NCBI GenBank assembly: GCA_041659045.1
Contig: JBAZZB010000001.1
Coordinates: forward strand, 6,111 to 70,110
DNA from: Patescibacteria group bacterium
Lineage (GTDB): Bacteria > Patescibacteriota > Patescibacteriia > SG8-24 > DYFX01
Length of the DNA: 64,000 nt
Reading direction: 5' to 3'
The position numbers were made by a program, and so were the translations under genes. This document shows positions 1 through 8,622 of the stretch, piece by piece. The first letter of the stretch is position 1, and each line of letters starts with the position of its first letter. The notes beneath the pieces are model-generated. The model did not search any database, had not been told where the DNA came from, and saw only the letters and a list, made by a program, of their open reading frames with translations.

Positions 1-2
1 AA

Positions 3-1862
3 GGTCCGGTGACCGTGCGTGTCAGAGTCGACATGATCCGTACGCGCCGCTCGGCTCGGCAGAATATGTTGCTGACGGAGGCGACGGTTTCCGACGATGT
101 TGGAACAGCCAAAGTTGTGTGGTTCCGGCAACCCTACATTTCGAAAGTCTTGAAGCCGGGGGATCGCGTGCTTTTGTCCGGACGTTTGGAATCAAAACCG
201 TGGGGTTTGGAATTGGTGAATCCGGCGTATGAAAAAGAGCACGCGGGCGCCTCGGTCCACACGGGACGCTTGGTTCCGATCTATTCCATTTCAGGTGCCT
301 TAACGACGAAGCAGATCCGCGCCGTATTACATCTCGCGCTGCCGGCAGCGGAAGCGATTGAGGAAACATTGCCCGCAGAACTTCTCACGCGTCACGATTT
401 GGTACCGCTCGCGACGGCGCTTCGGATGATCCACTTTCCGGAATCGATGGAGGAAGCCGAAAAGGCCGATCGCCGTTTTCGTTTTGAGGAGTTGTTTTTC
501 TTTCAGTTACGCGGCGCTTGGGCGAGACGCGCGCTTGAACGCAAGGTGGCCGTCACGGTGCCGTTCGATCAAACCGCGATTCGGGAATTTGTCGCCTCGC
601 TGCCGTTTGCGCTGACGGACGACCAGAAGCGCGTCGCTTGGAGGATTCTCCAAGACCTGGAAGTCGGACGCCCGATGCAGCGTTTGGTAGAAGGGGATGT
701 TGGCAGTGGCAAAACCGTCGTGGCGCTCATGGCCATGTATGCCTGTGCCTTGGTGGGGCATCGGAGCTTGCTTATGGCGCCGACGGAAATATTGGCCGAG
801 CAACATTACGCGACGATCTCGCGACTTTTAGCGAACACACCATTTCGCGCCGCGCTCCGTACGGCCTCGCACAAGGAGTCCCACGATGATGCTTCAATCG
901 TCGTCGGCACGCACGCCTTGCTGACCAAGGGATTTATCCCGAAATATGTCGCGCTCGTTGTCGTTGATGAACAACATCGTTTCGGCGTGGGGCAGAGACA
1001 AGCGCTTCTTTCAAAACTTCCGAGCACGGCAAAAGAGGAGATCCCACATTTCCTGTCGATGACCGCGACACCGATTCCGCGCTCCTTGGCGCTGGCACTC
1101 TACGGCGACGTCGACTTTTCCGCGCTGCGTCAGATGCCAGCTGGTCGACGCCCGGTTGAGACAGCGTTGATTGGAGAGCGCGATCGCCAAGCGATGATGG
1201 CGCACGTGCGTGCCGAGGCGTCCGAAGGTCGCAAGACGTTTGTTGTCTGTCCGCTGATCGAAGCGTCAGATACGCTTGGCGTAAAATCGGTCGAGGAAGA
1301 AGCGCAGCGTTTGCGCGCGGAGCTGCCCGGCCTTGAGGTTGGCCTGCTGCATGGACGCATGAAGTCCGACGCCAAGCGCGAAATGATGGCGCGCTTTGCG
1401 CAGGGAGATTTGCACGTGCTCGTTTCGACGACGGTCATTGAAGTCGGCGTCGACGTACCGCTTGCGACCGTCATGATTATCGAAGGTGCAGAGCGCTTCG
1501 GCATGGCGCAGCTGCATCAATTGCGCGGCCGCGTCGGGCGATCGTCCTTGCCATCGCGCTGCTACCTCGCCCCTTCCCACGGCGCGCCGCAGGTTGTGGA
1601 GCGCCTGCGTTCTTTCGCGCAGGCCAAAGATTGTTTTGAATTGTCCGAGCTCGATCTGCGTTTCCGCGGCCCCGGCAGCCTCTTCGGAGAAGAGCAGTCC
1701 GGTTTCGCTGATCTCCAACGCTTCCGCCCTGGTGACGCGCAGTTGATTGAAGAAACGCGAGAAGCGGTTCGGATGCTGACGGAATCTGATCCCGATCTTG
1801 AGAATCATCCGCTCCTCAAAAAGAAAATCTCGGCCGAAGCCGAGAAGGTGCATTTGGAGTGA
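3..1862 (+). CDS. recG: ATP-dependent DNA helicase RecG (N-terminally truncated by window edge)
   Basis: Walker A GDVGSGKT, DEQHRFG (DExH), QLRGRVGR motif VI; reading frame open to window start; about 70 aa of N-terminus missing relative to typical RecG. Confidence 0.9.
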   Translation, partial: GPVTVRVRVDMIRTRRSARQNMLLTEATVSDDVGTAKVVWFRQPYISKVLKPGDRVLLSGRLESKPWGLELVNPAYEKEHAGASVHTGRLVPIYSISGALTTKQIRAVLHLALPAAEAIEETLPAELLTRHDLVPLATALRMIHFPESMEEAEKADRRFRFEELFFFQLRGAWARRALERKVAVTVPFDQTAIREFVASLPFALTDDQKRVAWRILQDLEVGRPMQRLVEGDVGSGKTVVALMAMYACALVGHRSLLMAPTEILAEQHYATISRLLANTPFRAALRTASHKESHDDASIVVGTHALLTKGFIPKYVALVVVDEQHRFGVGQRQALLSKLPSTAKEEIPHFLSMTATPIPRSLALALYGDVDFSALRQMPAGRRPVETALIGERDRQAMMAHVRAEASEGRKTFVVCPLIEASDTLGVKSVEEEAQRLRAELPGLEVGLLHGRMKSDAKREMMARFAQGDLHVLVSTTVIEVGVDVPLATVMIIEGAERFGMAQLHQLRGRVGRSSLPSRCYLAPSHGAPQVVERLRSFAQAKDCFELSELDLRFRGPGSLFGEEQSGFADLQRFRPGDAQLIEETREAVRMLTESDPDLENHPLLKKKISAEAEKVHLE

Positions 1863-1863
1863 G

Positions 1864-2220
1864 TCAGCGATCCTTGAGTCCGGCGGCGATGACCGCTCGA
1901 ATTTCGCGTGCGAGGCCGTCGGCATCGAGCCCGGCGAGATGGGCCAGCTGGAAACCGTTGATGATCATCTTGGCTGCCAAGGTTTTAAACTTGCGCCGCG
2001 TGCCGTGATGAAGCTTCTTGCCGTGATCGAGAGCTTCTTCGATGGCGGCTAGGCCGCCGAGGCTCTTGAGCGCATGGAGTAGTACATGATGCCGCGCGAA
2101 TCGGTCGAGTTCCCGCGCACTCGCGCCATCGAGGCTCGGGTACGCACTGTCAGTCCAAGGCCAGTTCACGATCGCGTCTGAGAACAGCTTTCGAAAGGAC
2201 ATCGCTCCTCCTGAACGCAA
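1864..2220 (-). CDS. hypothetical protein (118 aa)
   Basis: ORF convergent with recG, stop 1 nt after recG stop; protein-like composition but no recognisable motif. Confidence 0.35.
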   Translation of the reverse strand: MRSGGAMSFRKLFSDAIVNWPWTDSAYPSLDGASARELDRFARHHVLLHALKSLGGLAAIEEALDHGKKLHHGTRRKFKTLAAKMIINGFQLAHLAGLDADGLAREIRAVIAAGLKDR

Positions 2221-2284
2221 CCTAGCGTATTTCGTGATGAATGGCTAGCAAAAGAAAAGACGCGTCGGAGGACGCGTCGTTGTG

Positions 2285-2872
2285 TCAGAGGTTGGCAGAC
2301 TCGCTCGCTTCGAACTGTTCGCGGAGACGCTTGATCGCGTCGTTGCGCCAGTACTCGCCGTATTCGAGTGTCTGCCGCTCGTCCGGAGTCAGGTGCTTCC
2401 GCATGAACGCCTGGAGACGATCGCGGAGCTTGGTGAAGTCCCCACCGCGCTCCACGACGTTGTTGGGCTGCACCGCGAAGGCGTGCGTCCACCCATCGGG
2501 GGGAGCGAAGACGAGCGTCATGTTGAGGGTTGGCGGCTGGTTTGGGGAGCGCAGACAGGTCGAGAACCTCTTGGAAGGCCCTCCACTGATCTCGCGCGCC
2601 CATGACACGTTGGACTTCACGACGATCAGTACCAGCAGATTGAGGTTGCCATCCTTCCTGCGGATGATGCTGCCGAGACGGATACCCGACTCTCGGTACA
2701 GCCGCTGGGTGGTCTGGCTCTTGGTCGGTTTCCGCGCCCCAGCACCCTTCTTGCCGGTTCCTGGTGAAGATGGCGATCGAACGGTTTTCGTGGAAGACAC
2801 GGGTGTCCTTTCCCGGCGCTTGGCCGGACTCTCTAAGAAAGTGACGCGAGTAGTAAACGCTAAAAAAGACAA
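2285..2872 (-). CDS. hypothetical protein with Lys/Arg/Ser/Pro-rich N-terminus
   Basis: ORF downstream of radA on same strand; C-terminal 80 aa look globular (MTLVFAPPDGW...EYGEYWRNDAIKRLREQF); start uncertain. Confidence 0.4.
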   Translation of the reverse strand: MSFLAFTTRVTFLESPAKRRERTPVSSTKTVRSPSSPGTGKKGAGARKPTKSQTTQRLYRESGIRLGSIIRRKDGNLNLLVLIVVKSNVSWAREISGGPSKRFSTCLRSPNQPPTLNMTLVFAPPDGWTHAFAVQPNNVVERGGDFTKLRDRLQAFMRKHLTPDERQTLEYGEYWRNDAIKRLREQFEASESANL

Positions 2873-2889
2873 AATGTCAAGGCAGACGC

Positions 2890-4200
2890 TTAAAAAAGTT
2901 TCGCGAGCGCGTCTTTCAAATGCGGCGAATTTTTCGGAGTAATCACCTGGCTGAATTGGAGTCGCTTGGCTTCCGCTTCGCGTTTGTCGACAAAGGTGAC
3001 GGGACGCAGTTCTCCGCCCAATCCAACTTCGCCGAAAGCGGCGAGTGAGGCGGGGAGTGGTTTGCCTTTGAGTGCGGAAACAACGGCAAGAACAACGGCG
3101 GCATCGGCGGCAGGTTCTTTCACTTTGTAGCCGCCCGCCACGTTGATATGGATGTCGTGCGTTTGCGTAGGAACGCCCAAGCGTTCGGAAAGAACGGCAA
3201 GGAGCACCTGCAGACGGTTAGCGTCGAAACCGGAAGCACGGCGTTGCGGATAACCGAACGTCGTGCGCGAAGCGAGTGCCTGGATTTCAACCAGAATCGG
3301 CCGCGTGCCTTCCATGATGCAGGTGACGACGGAGCCGGGAACATCTTTGGATCGGTCGTTTAAAAAGAACGACGATGGATTGGCGACTTCCTTAAGGCCG
3401 GAAGCGGTCATTTCAAACACGCCAACTTCGTCGGTTGCGCCAAAGCGGTTTTTGGCAGTGCGGAGCAATCGATAGTTGGAAGAGCGATCACCTTCAAACG
3501 ACACAACGACGTCAACGAGATGTTCGAGCGTTTTTGGTCCGGCCACATCGCCGTCTTTGGTGACCTGTCCGACGATCAGCATTGGCACGCCGCTTTTTTT
3601 GGCGTAGTCCATGAGCTGTGCCGTGAGCGCGCGGATTTGGGTTGCGCCACCTTGCGCGCCGGCCGCTTCGGGGGAGGAGAGCGTTTGGATAGAATCGATA
3701 ATGACGAGCGACGGTTTTTCAGCGTCGATCGTTGCGAGAATCGTCGTGATGTCGGTTTCGGAAAGAAATTTGAGGCTCGGCGCTGCCAAACCAAGACGTT
3801 CAAAACGCAAAGCGACCTGATCGGCCGATTCTTCACCAGAGGCGTAAAGCACGTTCGGAAGAGCGGAAGCGACTTGGAGAAGCAACGTGGACTTACCGAT
3901 ACCTGGCTCTCCCGAAAGAAGTACAAGCGAACCCGGCACGACACCACCGCCGAGCACGCGGTCGAACTCGGCGATACCGGTTGAGCGGTGCGCGGTTTTA
4001 CTGCCCTTCAGTTCAGAGAGGGAATATGTCTTTCCGGGTCGGCCAGTGAGAGCGACAGGTTTTTTTGCTTCCGGAACCGAGGCGAGCTCCGTAACCGTGC
4101 TCCAGCTTCCGCATTCCAAACAACGCCCACTCCACTTGGTGGATTGGGCGTCGCATTTGGTGCAAATGAAGAGCGCTTTCGTGGTCGCTGACATGGACAA
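2890..4200 (-). CDS. radA: DNA repair protein RadA/Sms
   Basis: N-terminal C4 zinc ribbon (CTKCDAQSTKWSGRCLECGSW), RecA-like Walker A GEPGIGKST, KNRFG motif, C-terminal Lon-protease-like domain. Confidence 0.93.
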   Translation of the reverse strand: MSMSATTKALFICTKCDAQSTKWSGRCLECGSWSTVTELASVPEAKKPVALTGRPGKTYSLSELKGSKTAHRSTGIAEFDRVLGGGVVPGSLVLLSGEPGIGKSTLLLQVASALPNVLYASGEESADQVALRFERLGLAAPSLKFLSETDITTILATIDAEKPSLVIIDSIQTLSSPEAAGAQGGATQIRALTAQLMDYAKKSGVPMLIVGQVTKDGDVAGPKTLEHLVDVVVSFEGDRSSNYRLLRTAKNRFGATDEVGVFEMTASGLKEVANPSSFFLNDRSKDVPGSVVTCIMEGTRPILVEIQALASRTTFGYPQRRASGFDANRLQVLLAVLSERLGVPTQTHDIHINVAGGYKVKEPAADAAVVLAVVSALKGKPLPASLAAFGEVGLGGELRPVTFVDKREAEAKRLQFSQVITPKNSPHLKDALAKLF

Positions 4201-4231
4201 AGGATAGCAGAAGACGAGGCGAACGTGTCAA

Positions 4232-5416
4232 TTAGTCCGGTGACCAAGCGCTGATGAGAGGGATAAGCCGCGAGCCACATGTGCTTTTAACGCACCAGGT
4301 ACCGCCGCGCGCACGACTCTTTTCAGTGCCGCGCCCGCCACCGCCACCTTGAACCACCTGCATTTTGCCGCCCGAAGCCCAGCCCATGAAAATGACGGCG
4401 TGCGCACCCACCAAGTCTTCGTTTCCGTTATAGATGACAATACGGTCGCCTGGTCGGAGCTTGTTAGCCCAACCGTCAGGCCAATCTTTCGGAAGTCTTC
4501 CGGCGGCTTTTTCCGCGTTCATAAAATCACGGACTTTCGTCACCGCTTCGGAAGAGCTGTTTACGCACTCACCAGCAGGACGAGCCTTTCCGGGATACTC
4601 TTTTTCGACGCCGCAACGCCATCCAAAGAGGTATCTCCGTTGAGCGGTCGAGACGCTGAAGAGCTGTCGGCCTTTTCCATAATCGTTACAGTTTCCGTCC
4701 TTTGAATCGAGACATGAGACCTTACCGACGCCAGCCAGAGCAGTGATGGTACCGGCCGTATTACCGCATGATCCCCAGTTGACGTCACAGGCGTTGGCGA
4801 TGTCCGCGATCTGAATAACTCTATCGCGTGGATTCGTTGCGGTTACGGCGGAACTCATGGCAGAGCGGAATTGTACTTTTGAAGCTTTGCCGACCGTCAC
4901 GGTGAGCGGTATCGGACAGTTCGTGAAACTTGATGTGTGACTGCCGGGCAACGGTCCGCCCCCAGCGCCGCTGACGCTGTCTGATGCATCGCCGTCTTGT
5001 GCGGTTTCAACGGACGTGGTGCCCATTGTTTGAAAGTCTGCTGTCTCGGTTTGTATTTGCAGCAAACTTAAGGACTTGAACCTCACCAGATCCGGATTAA
5101 TCGTAAAGAGCAAAAGATAAGAACTCAATGCCAGAACGACGCCGATGAGCGCGTCGACGATTCTCTTTCTGGCGGCGCCAATCTTTCCAGAATCTCCCGC
5201 CGACGTTAAATACTGAAACCCGCCGATGATCATCATGACCGCGGCGACGACGCCGATGATGCTGATCAGAAACGTGTACGCGCCGCTCACGTACTGGCCA
5301 ATCCAGGGAATCGAGTACGCGTCCGTATCCGTAAGAGACGTAAGTGTGACGCCCGGGATAGGAATTTCGAGGCGTGGCGGCTCGTTTTGAGCGAGATGTG
5401 AAAATGTATCCTTCAT
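4232..5416 (-). CDS. membrane-anchored CHAP-domain peptidoglycan hydrolase with N-terminal T4SS-pilin-like (TrbC/VirB2-like) two-helix module
   Basis: N-term TM helix + ...IGGFQYLTSAGDSGKIGAARKRIVDALIGVVLALSSYLLLF (pilin-like Gly motif and second helix); C-term Cys (GECVNSS) and GDRIVIYNGNEDLVGAHAVIFMGW resembling CHAP Cys/His amidase. Confidence 0.75.
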   Translation of the reverse strand: MKDTFSHLAQNEPPRLEIPIPGVTLTSLTDTDAYSIPWIGQYVSGAYTFLISIIGVVAAVMMIIGGFQYLTSAGDSGKIGAARKRIVDALIGVVLALSSYLLLFTINPDLVRFKSLSLLQIQTETADFQTMGTTSVETAQDGDASDSVSGAGGGPLPGSHTSSFTNCPIPLTVTVGKASKVQFRSAMSSAVTATNPRDRVIQIADIANACDVNWGSCGNTAGTITALAGVGKVSCLDSKDGNCNDYGKGRQLFSVSTAQRRYLFGWRCGVEKEYPGKARPAGECVNSSSEAVTKVRDFMNAEKAAGRLPKDWPDGWANKLRPGDRIVIYNGNEDLVGAHAVIFMGWASGGKMQVVQGGGGGRGTEKSRARGGTWCVKSTCGSRLIPLISAWSPD

Positions 5417-5418
5417 AC

Positions 5419-6063
5419 TTACCGTACGGCTTCAAGAAGTTCTTCGTACGTCAGGGCGCCGACGTGGCGCTTGCCGTTGATGAAAAACGTCGGCAGCGCG
5501 TCGACGCCAAGTGCCAACCCCTCGTCGACCGTCCGTTCCACGAACGGACGCGTCGCATGGGTCCGCAAACACTCTGCAAACGATTGCATGTCGAGCCCGT
5601 TCTGCCCCGCCTCGAATGCTAAAGACGTTTCGTTAAACGAACCGGAGTAGCTGAAAAGCACTTCATGAAATTTCCAGAAGGCGCCTTGCTGTGCGGCGCA
5701 TAATCCGGCTTCGGCCGCTGTATCGGCGCCTTCGTGTAGGGGAGCGGGCATGTCTTTCCACACGTAGCGTACGCGTGTCGGTTGCTCCGCGAGCAGGCGC
5801 TGCACCGCCAACTCCGCCGTACGGCAATGCGGGCAGAGGTAATCGCCAAACTCGACGATCGTGATGCTGGCGTCTTTTGGTCCGACGATCTGGTCGATGA
5901 ACGTCACGTTCGGTTCCTCGAGTGTTCTCGTGACTGTTTCTGTTTTCGCGACGACGGGCGCGTTGCCTGAGATTGTTGCACGCACGACGTTCCAAAACAG
6001 CACAAGCACGGCTCCGCCAAGAACGAGAGCGACGAAAAGGATGAGAAAGAATTTATTTCTCAT
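5419..6063 (-). CDS. DsbA-family thiol:disulfide oxidoreductase (thioredoxin fold), membrane anchored
   Basis: N-terminal TM, CPHC active-site motif, DsbA-like length and C-terminal PTFFINGK. Confidence 0.85.
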   Translation of the reverse strand: MRNKFFLILFVALVLGGAVLVLFWNVVRATISGNAPVVAKTETVTRTLEEPNVTFIDQIVGPKDASITIVEFGDYLCPHCRTAELAVQRLLAEQPTRVRYVWKDMPAPLHEGADTAAEAGLCAAQQGAFWKFHEVLFSYSGSFNETSLAFEAGQNGLDMQSFAECLRTHATRPFVERTVDEGLALGVDALPTFFINGKRHVGALTYEELLEAVR

Positions 6064-6064
6064 A

Positions 6065-7282
6065 TCAGCGAAGAAGCATTTCTTTCAAGGAGCCGTCTTC
6101 TCCGGTGTAGTAGAGCTTCGTTCCGTCGGAAGAAACGACGAGTGAAGACATTGATGTGGATTCAGACGGCTGGCCGATGAATGAGGAGGTTCCGCTCACG
6201 AGGTCAATCTTCATGACGCGATCGGAAATCGTGCTCGCGATGGAGCGTTCCAAACCAGCGCCTTGCGGCAATGAAATCGGTACGGCGCAGTACAGGGTGC
6301 TGTCTCCTTGAAATGTGCATTTGTCCGCCCAAGTGTTGACGCCCAAGCTTCTGCGACTGCCGCCGACGGTATCACTGCCGGCGTCGACGATCCAAAGCAT
6401 CGGTTTGAAATCGCTAACTTGTCCGGCTGAGCTGTAAAGAAGCCGGCTGCCAGTTGGCGACCAGTTCGGTTCAAAGTCCAAGCCTTCGACGCGAAGGGCG
6501 GGGAAGTTTTCGTGGTTCTGGCCGATGACGAGCAGATCGCGCGTATCAAAGCCGACCGGATCAGCCGTGTCGGAGAAGGCGACGACGGAGGCGTCCGGAG
6601 AGACACTGACGGTGACCTTGTCGCCGTTCTGTCCGAGCGGTTCGATGAGCTTCGCGCTTGAGCCGTCGGAAGCGGCGCTGACCAGCCAGCGGTTCGCGGG
6701 GTCGAGCGCCATCGATTTTGCGATGATCGTCGAGCCGTCGCCGTTGAACGCGATTTCCTGCCAATGACTCGGCAGCGTGACCTGCTTTTGCGATTCGAAA
6801 TCGTAGATGATTTTTGAAGCGTCTGGGAACGTGAGAACGACTTTGTTGCCGGCGGGAGCCCAAACGATGTCTGTTGCGTTGCGGAAGGCTTGCGTGTTCA
6901 AGGATTCCTTCTCGCCGTTCGGCAGCACGCGGTAAAAGCGTCCTTCGATGCTGTTGTAATAGCTGAGCAGTCCGTTCGCCGCGAGTTTGGGATTGCTGGC
7001 GTTGTCTTCGGCGATCGTGACGGTCGAGCCGATGTTGGTTGTTCCGGACGCGCCAGGCGTCGCCGTGCCGGGCGACGTCGGAAGTCCGCCGGTGGGCGTT
7101 TCGGTGCCCGTTGTCGGTCTTCCTGTGCCGGCCGTTGGCAAGCCTCCCGGTGTCGTGACGCCGCCGTTGGTCGTTGGCGGAGGAGTGACCATCGGTGCGC
7201 CAAAAAAGAATCGATAGAGCAAATAGGCGAGACCGAACGTGACGCCGAGGAAGAGGACGATGATGGCAATTTTCTTGAACAT
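6065..7282 (-). CDS. TolB-like beta-propeller (WD40-like repeat) envelope protein with Thr/Pro/Gly-rich linker
   Basis: N-terminal TM anchor (start taken at MFKKIAIIVLFL), TTPGGLPTAGTG low-complexity linker, repeated ...SPDG/ SxDGxxL propeller-blade-like segments. Confidence 0.6.
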   Translation of the reverse strand: MFKKIAIIVLFLGVTFGLAYLLYRFFFGAPMVTPPPTTNGGVTTPGGLPTAGTGRPTTGTETPTGGLPTSPGTATPGASGTTNIGSTVTIAEDNASNPKLAANGLLSYYNSIEGRFYRVLPNGEKESLNTQAFRNATDIVWAPAGNKVVLTFPDASKIIYDFESQKQVTLPSHWQEIAFNGDGSTIIAKSMALDPANRWLVSAASDGSSAKLIEPLGQNGDKVTVSVSPDASVVAFSDTADPVGFDTRDLLVIGQNHENFPALRVEGLDFEPNWSPTGSRLLYSSAGQVSDFKPMLWIVDAGSDTVGGSRRSLGVNTWADKCTFQGDSTLYCAVPISLPQGAGLERSIASTISDRVMKIDLVSGTSSFIGQPSESTSMSSLVVSSDGTKLYYTGEDGSLKEMLLR

Positions 7283-7286
7283 ACGA

Positions 7287-8606
7287 TCAGAGGAAGGGGA
7301 TTGAGTCGACGGCTCGTCCGGCATCCATGATCGCGCCAAGGATGAAACCGAGCGCTCCAAGAATGGCTAAGTCGATGATCAACACCCAGAAGGTGATGAA
7401 AAACATGGCGACGATTTCTCCGAGCTTGAGCGGGAGCAGGGCGTGCGCTGGCATTTTCTTTCCGATCTCTCCGGGGAACCATTCTTTTCCGACTTCGGGA
7501 ATGTATTGTCGCAGGTATTTCGAGGCCCAACCGGCGAAGAAGAGAATGTCGATGATGTAGATGGAATGTCCGAAGGTCATCCAGAGATTCGACCACGACA
7601 TCTTGATGAGCCCGTTGCCGAACATCTTCTTGAGATCCTCGCCGCTCATCGGTATTCCACCAGGCCCCGTGCCTCCGGACGGCGTCGCGAGTTTCATGGC
7701 CAAGCCGGTTGGCGTGGGATTCTTGATGAGCGACATCGCGTCTTTCATCGAGAGGCCGCCGCTCTTTTTTTGCATTCGATCGTTCGTGAGACGATCTCGT
7801 CGTAGACGGTTTTCAAAATTTCGCTCACGACCCTGCCTCCCTTCTCCTTTTTCACCGAAGGCCGTCTTCGTTGTCGTGCCGTCGGCGTTGCGCACGTTCA
7901 TCGAGGATCTGGCCCATAACGGCGTGCTCCTCCGCTTTCTCCGCTCTTCTTCCTCTTCCTCCTCGCTGCGGTTTCCTTTATTTCCGCCCGAGATTTTTCC
8001 GCTGAAGCCCGCCGCCTGCATTTCTTGGGTCGCTCTACCGCTTACTTCCATCTTAAAACCTTCCTCCTTTGAGAGTTTGCCCAGGTTCTTTGCGCCTTGA
8101 CCGACAGATTTCACTCCCTCGCCGACCGATTTTACGCCAGAGCCAAGGCCTGCCACGCCGGAGCCGATGCCTTTTGCTCCGGCACCGAGCGCTTTGATAG
8201 GAGCGCCGAGCACTGAACCAAGTTTGCTGGATGAAAGAGCGGAACCAAGAGCACCGGCCCCCGAACCCACACCGCGCAAACCCTTGCCCGCCATCTCGGT
8301 GCCAGCGCCGACCAATTTCGCGGTACTTCCGAGAAATTTTGTTCCCGTTCCGACGGCGTTTAGCCCCCTCCCGACCTTTTGAAGGCCGCGGCCGACTTTG
8401 ATTCCAGCCTGAGCCTCCTTAGCGTTCATCTCCCGCATCGTACGAGTGAATTCATCCTCCTCATCTTCGTCGTCCTGTGCGCCCGATTGCGCTCCGCGAG
8501 AGGCTGAGCGGATACGTGATGGAGTTTTTGCCGACCGCAAACGCCGCTCTCGTTCCGCATCAACGGAGCTCGGATGGTTCGTAGATTGCGGCTGCATTGC
8601 GGCCAT
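7287..8606 (-). CDS. hypothetical protein with tandem G-x-G-x-K-x-(V/L)-G repeats and C-terminal 3-4 TM domain
   Basis: GGAGG RBS before ATG; repeats KVGRGLQKVGRGLNAVGTGTKFLGSTAKLVGAGTEMAGKGLRGVGSGAGALG...; acidic/basic central region; hydrophobic C-terminus. Confidence 0.55.
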   Translation of the reverse strand: MAAMQPQSTNHPSSVDAERERRLRSAKTPSRIRSASRGAQSGAQDDEDEEDEFTRTMREMNAKEAQAGIKVGRGLQKVGRGLNAVGTGTKFLGSTAKLVGAGTEMAGKGLRGVGSGAGALGSALSSSKLGSVLGAPIKALGAGAKGIGSGVAGLGSGVKSVGEGVKSVGQGAKNLGKLSKEEGFKMEVSGRATQEMQAAGFSGKISGGNKGNRSEEEEEEERRKRRSTPLWARSSMNVRNADGTTTKTAFGEKGEGRQGRERNFENRLRRDRLTNDRMQKKSGGLSMKDAMSLIKNPTPTGLAMKLATPSGGTGPGGIPMSGEDLKKMFGNGLIKMSWSNLWMTFGHSIYIIDILFFAGWASKYLRQYIPEVGKEWFPGEIGKKMPAHALLPLKLGEIVAMFFITFWVLIIDLAILGALGFILGAIMDAGRAVDSIPFL

Positions 8607-8622
8607 ACCTCCTGGAGAGCAA

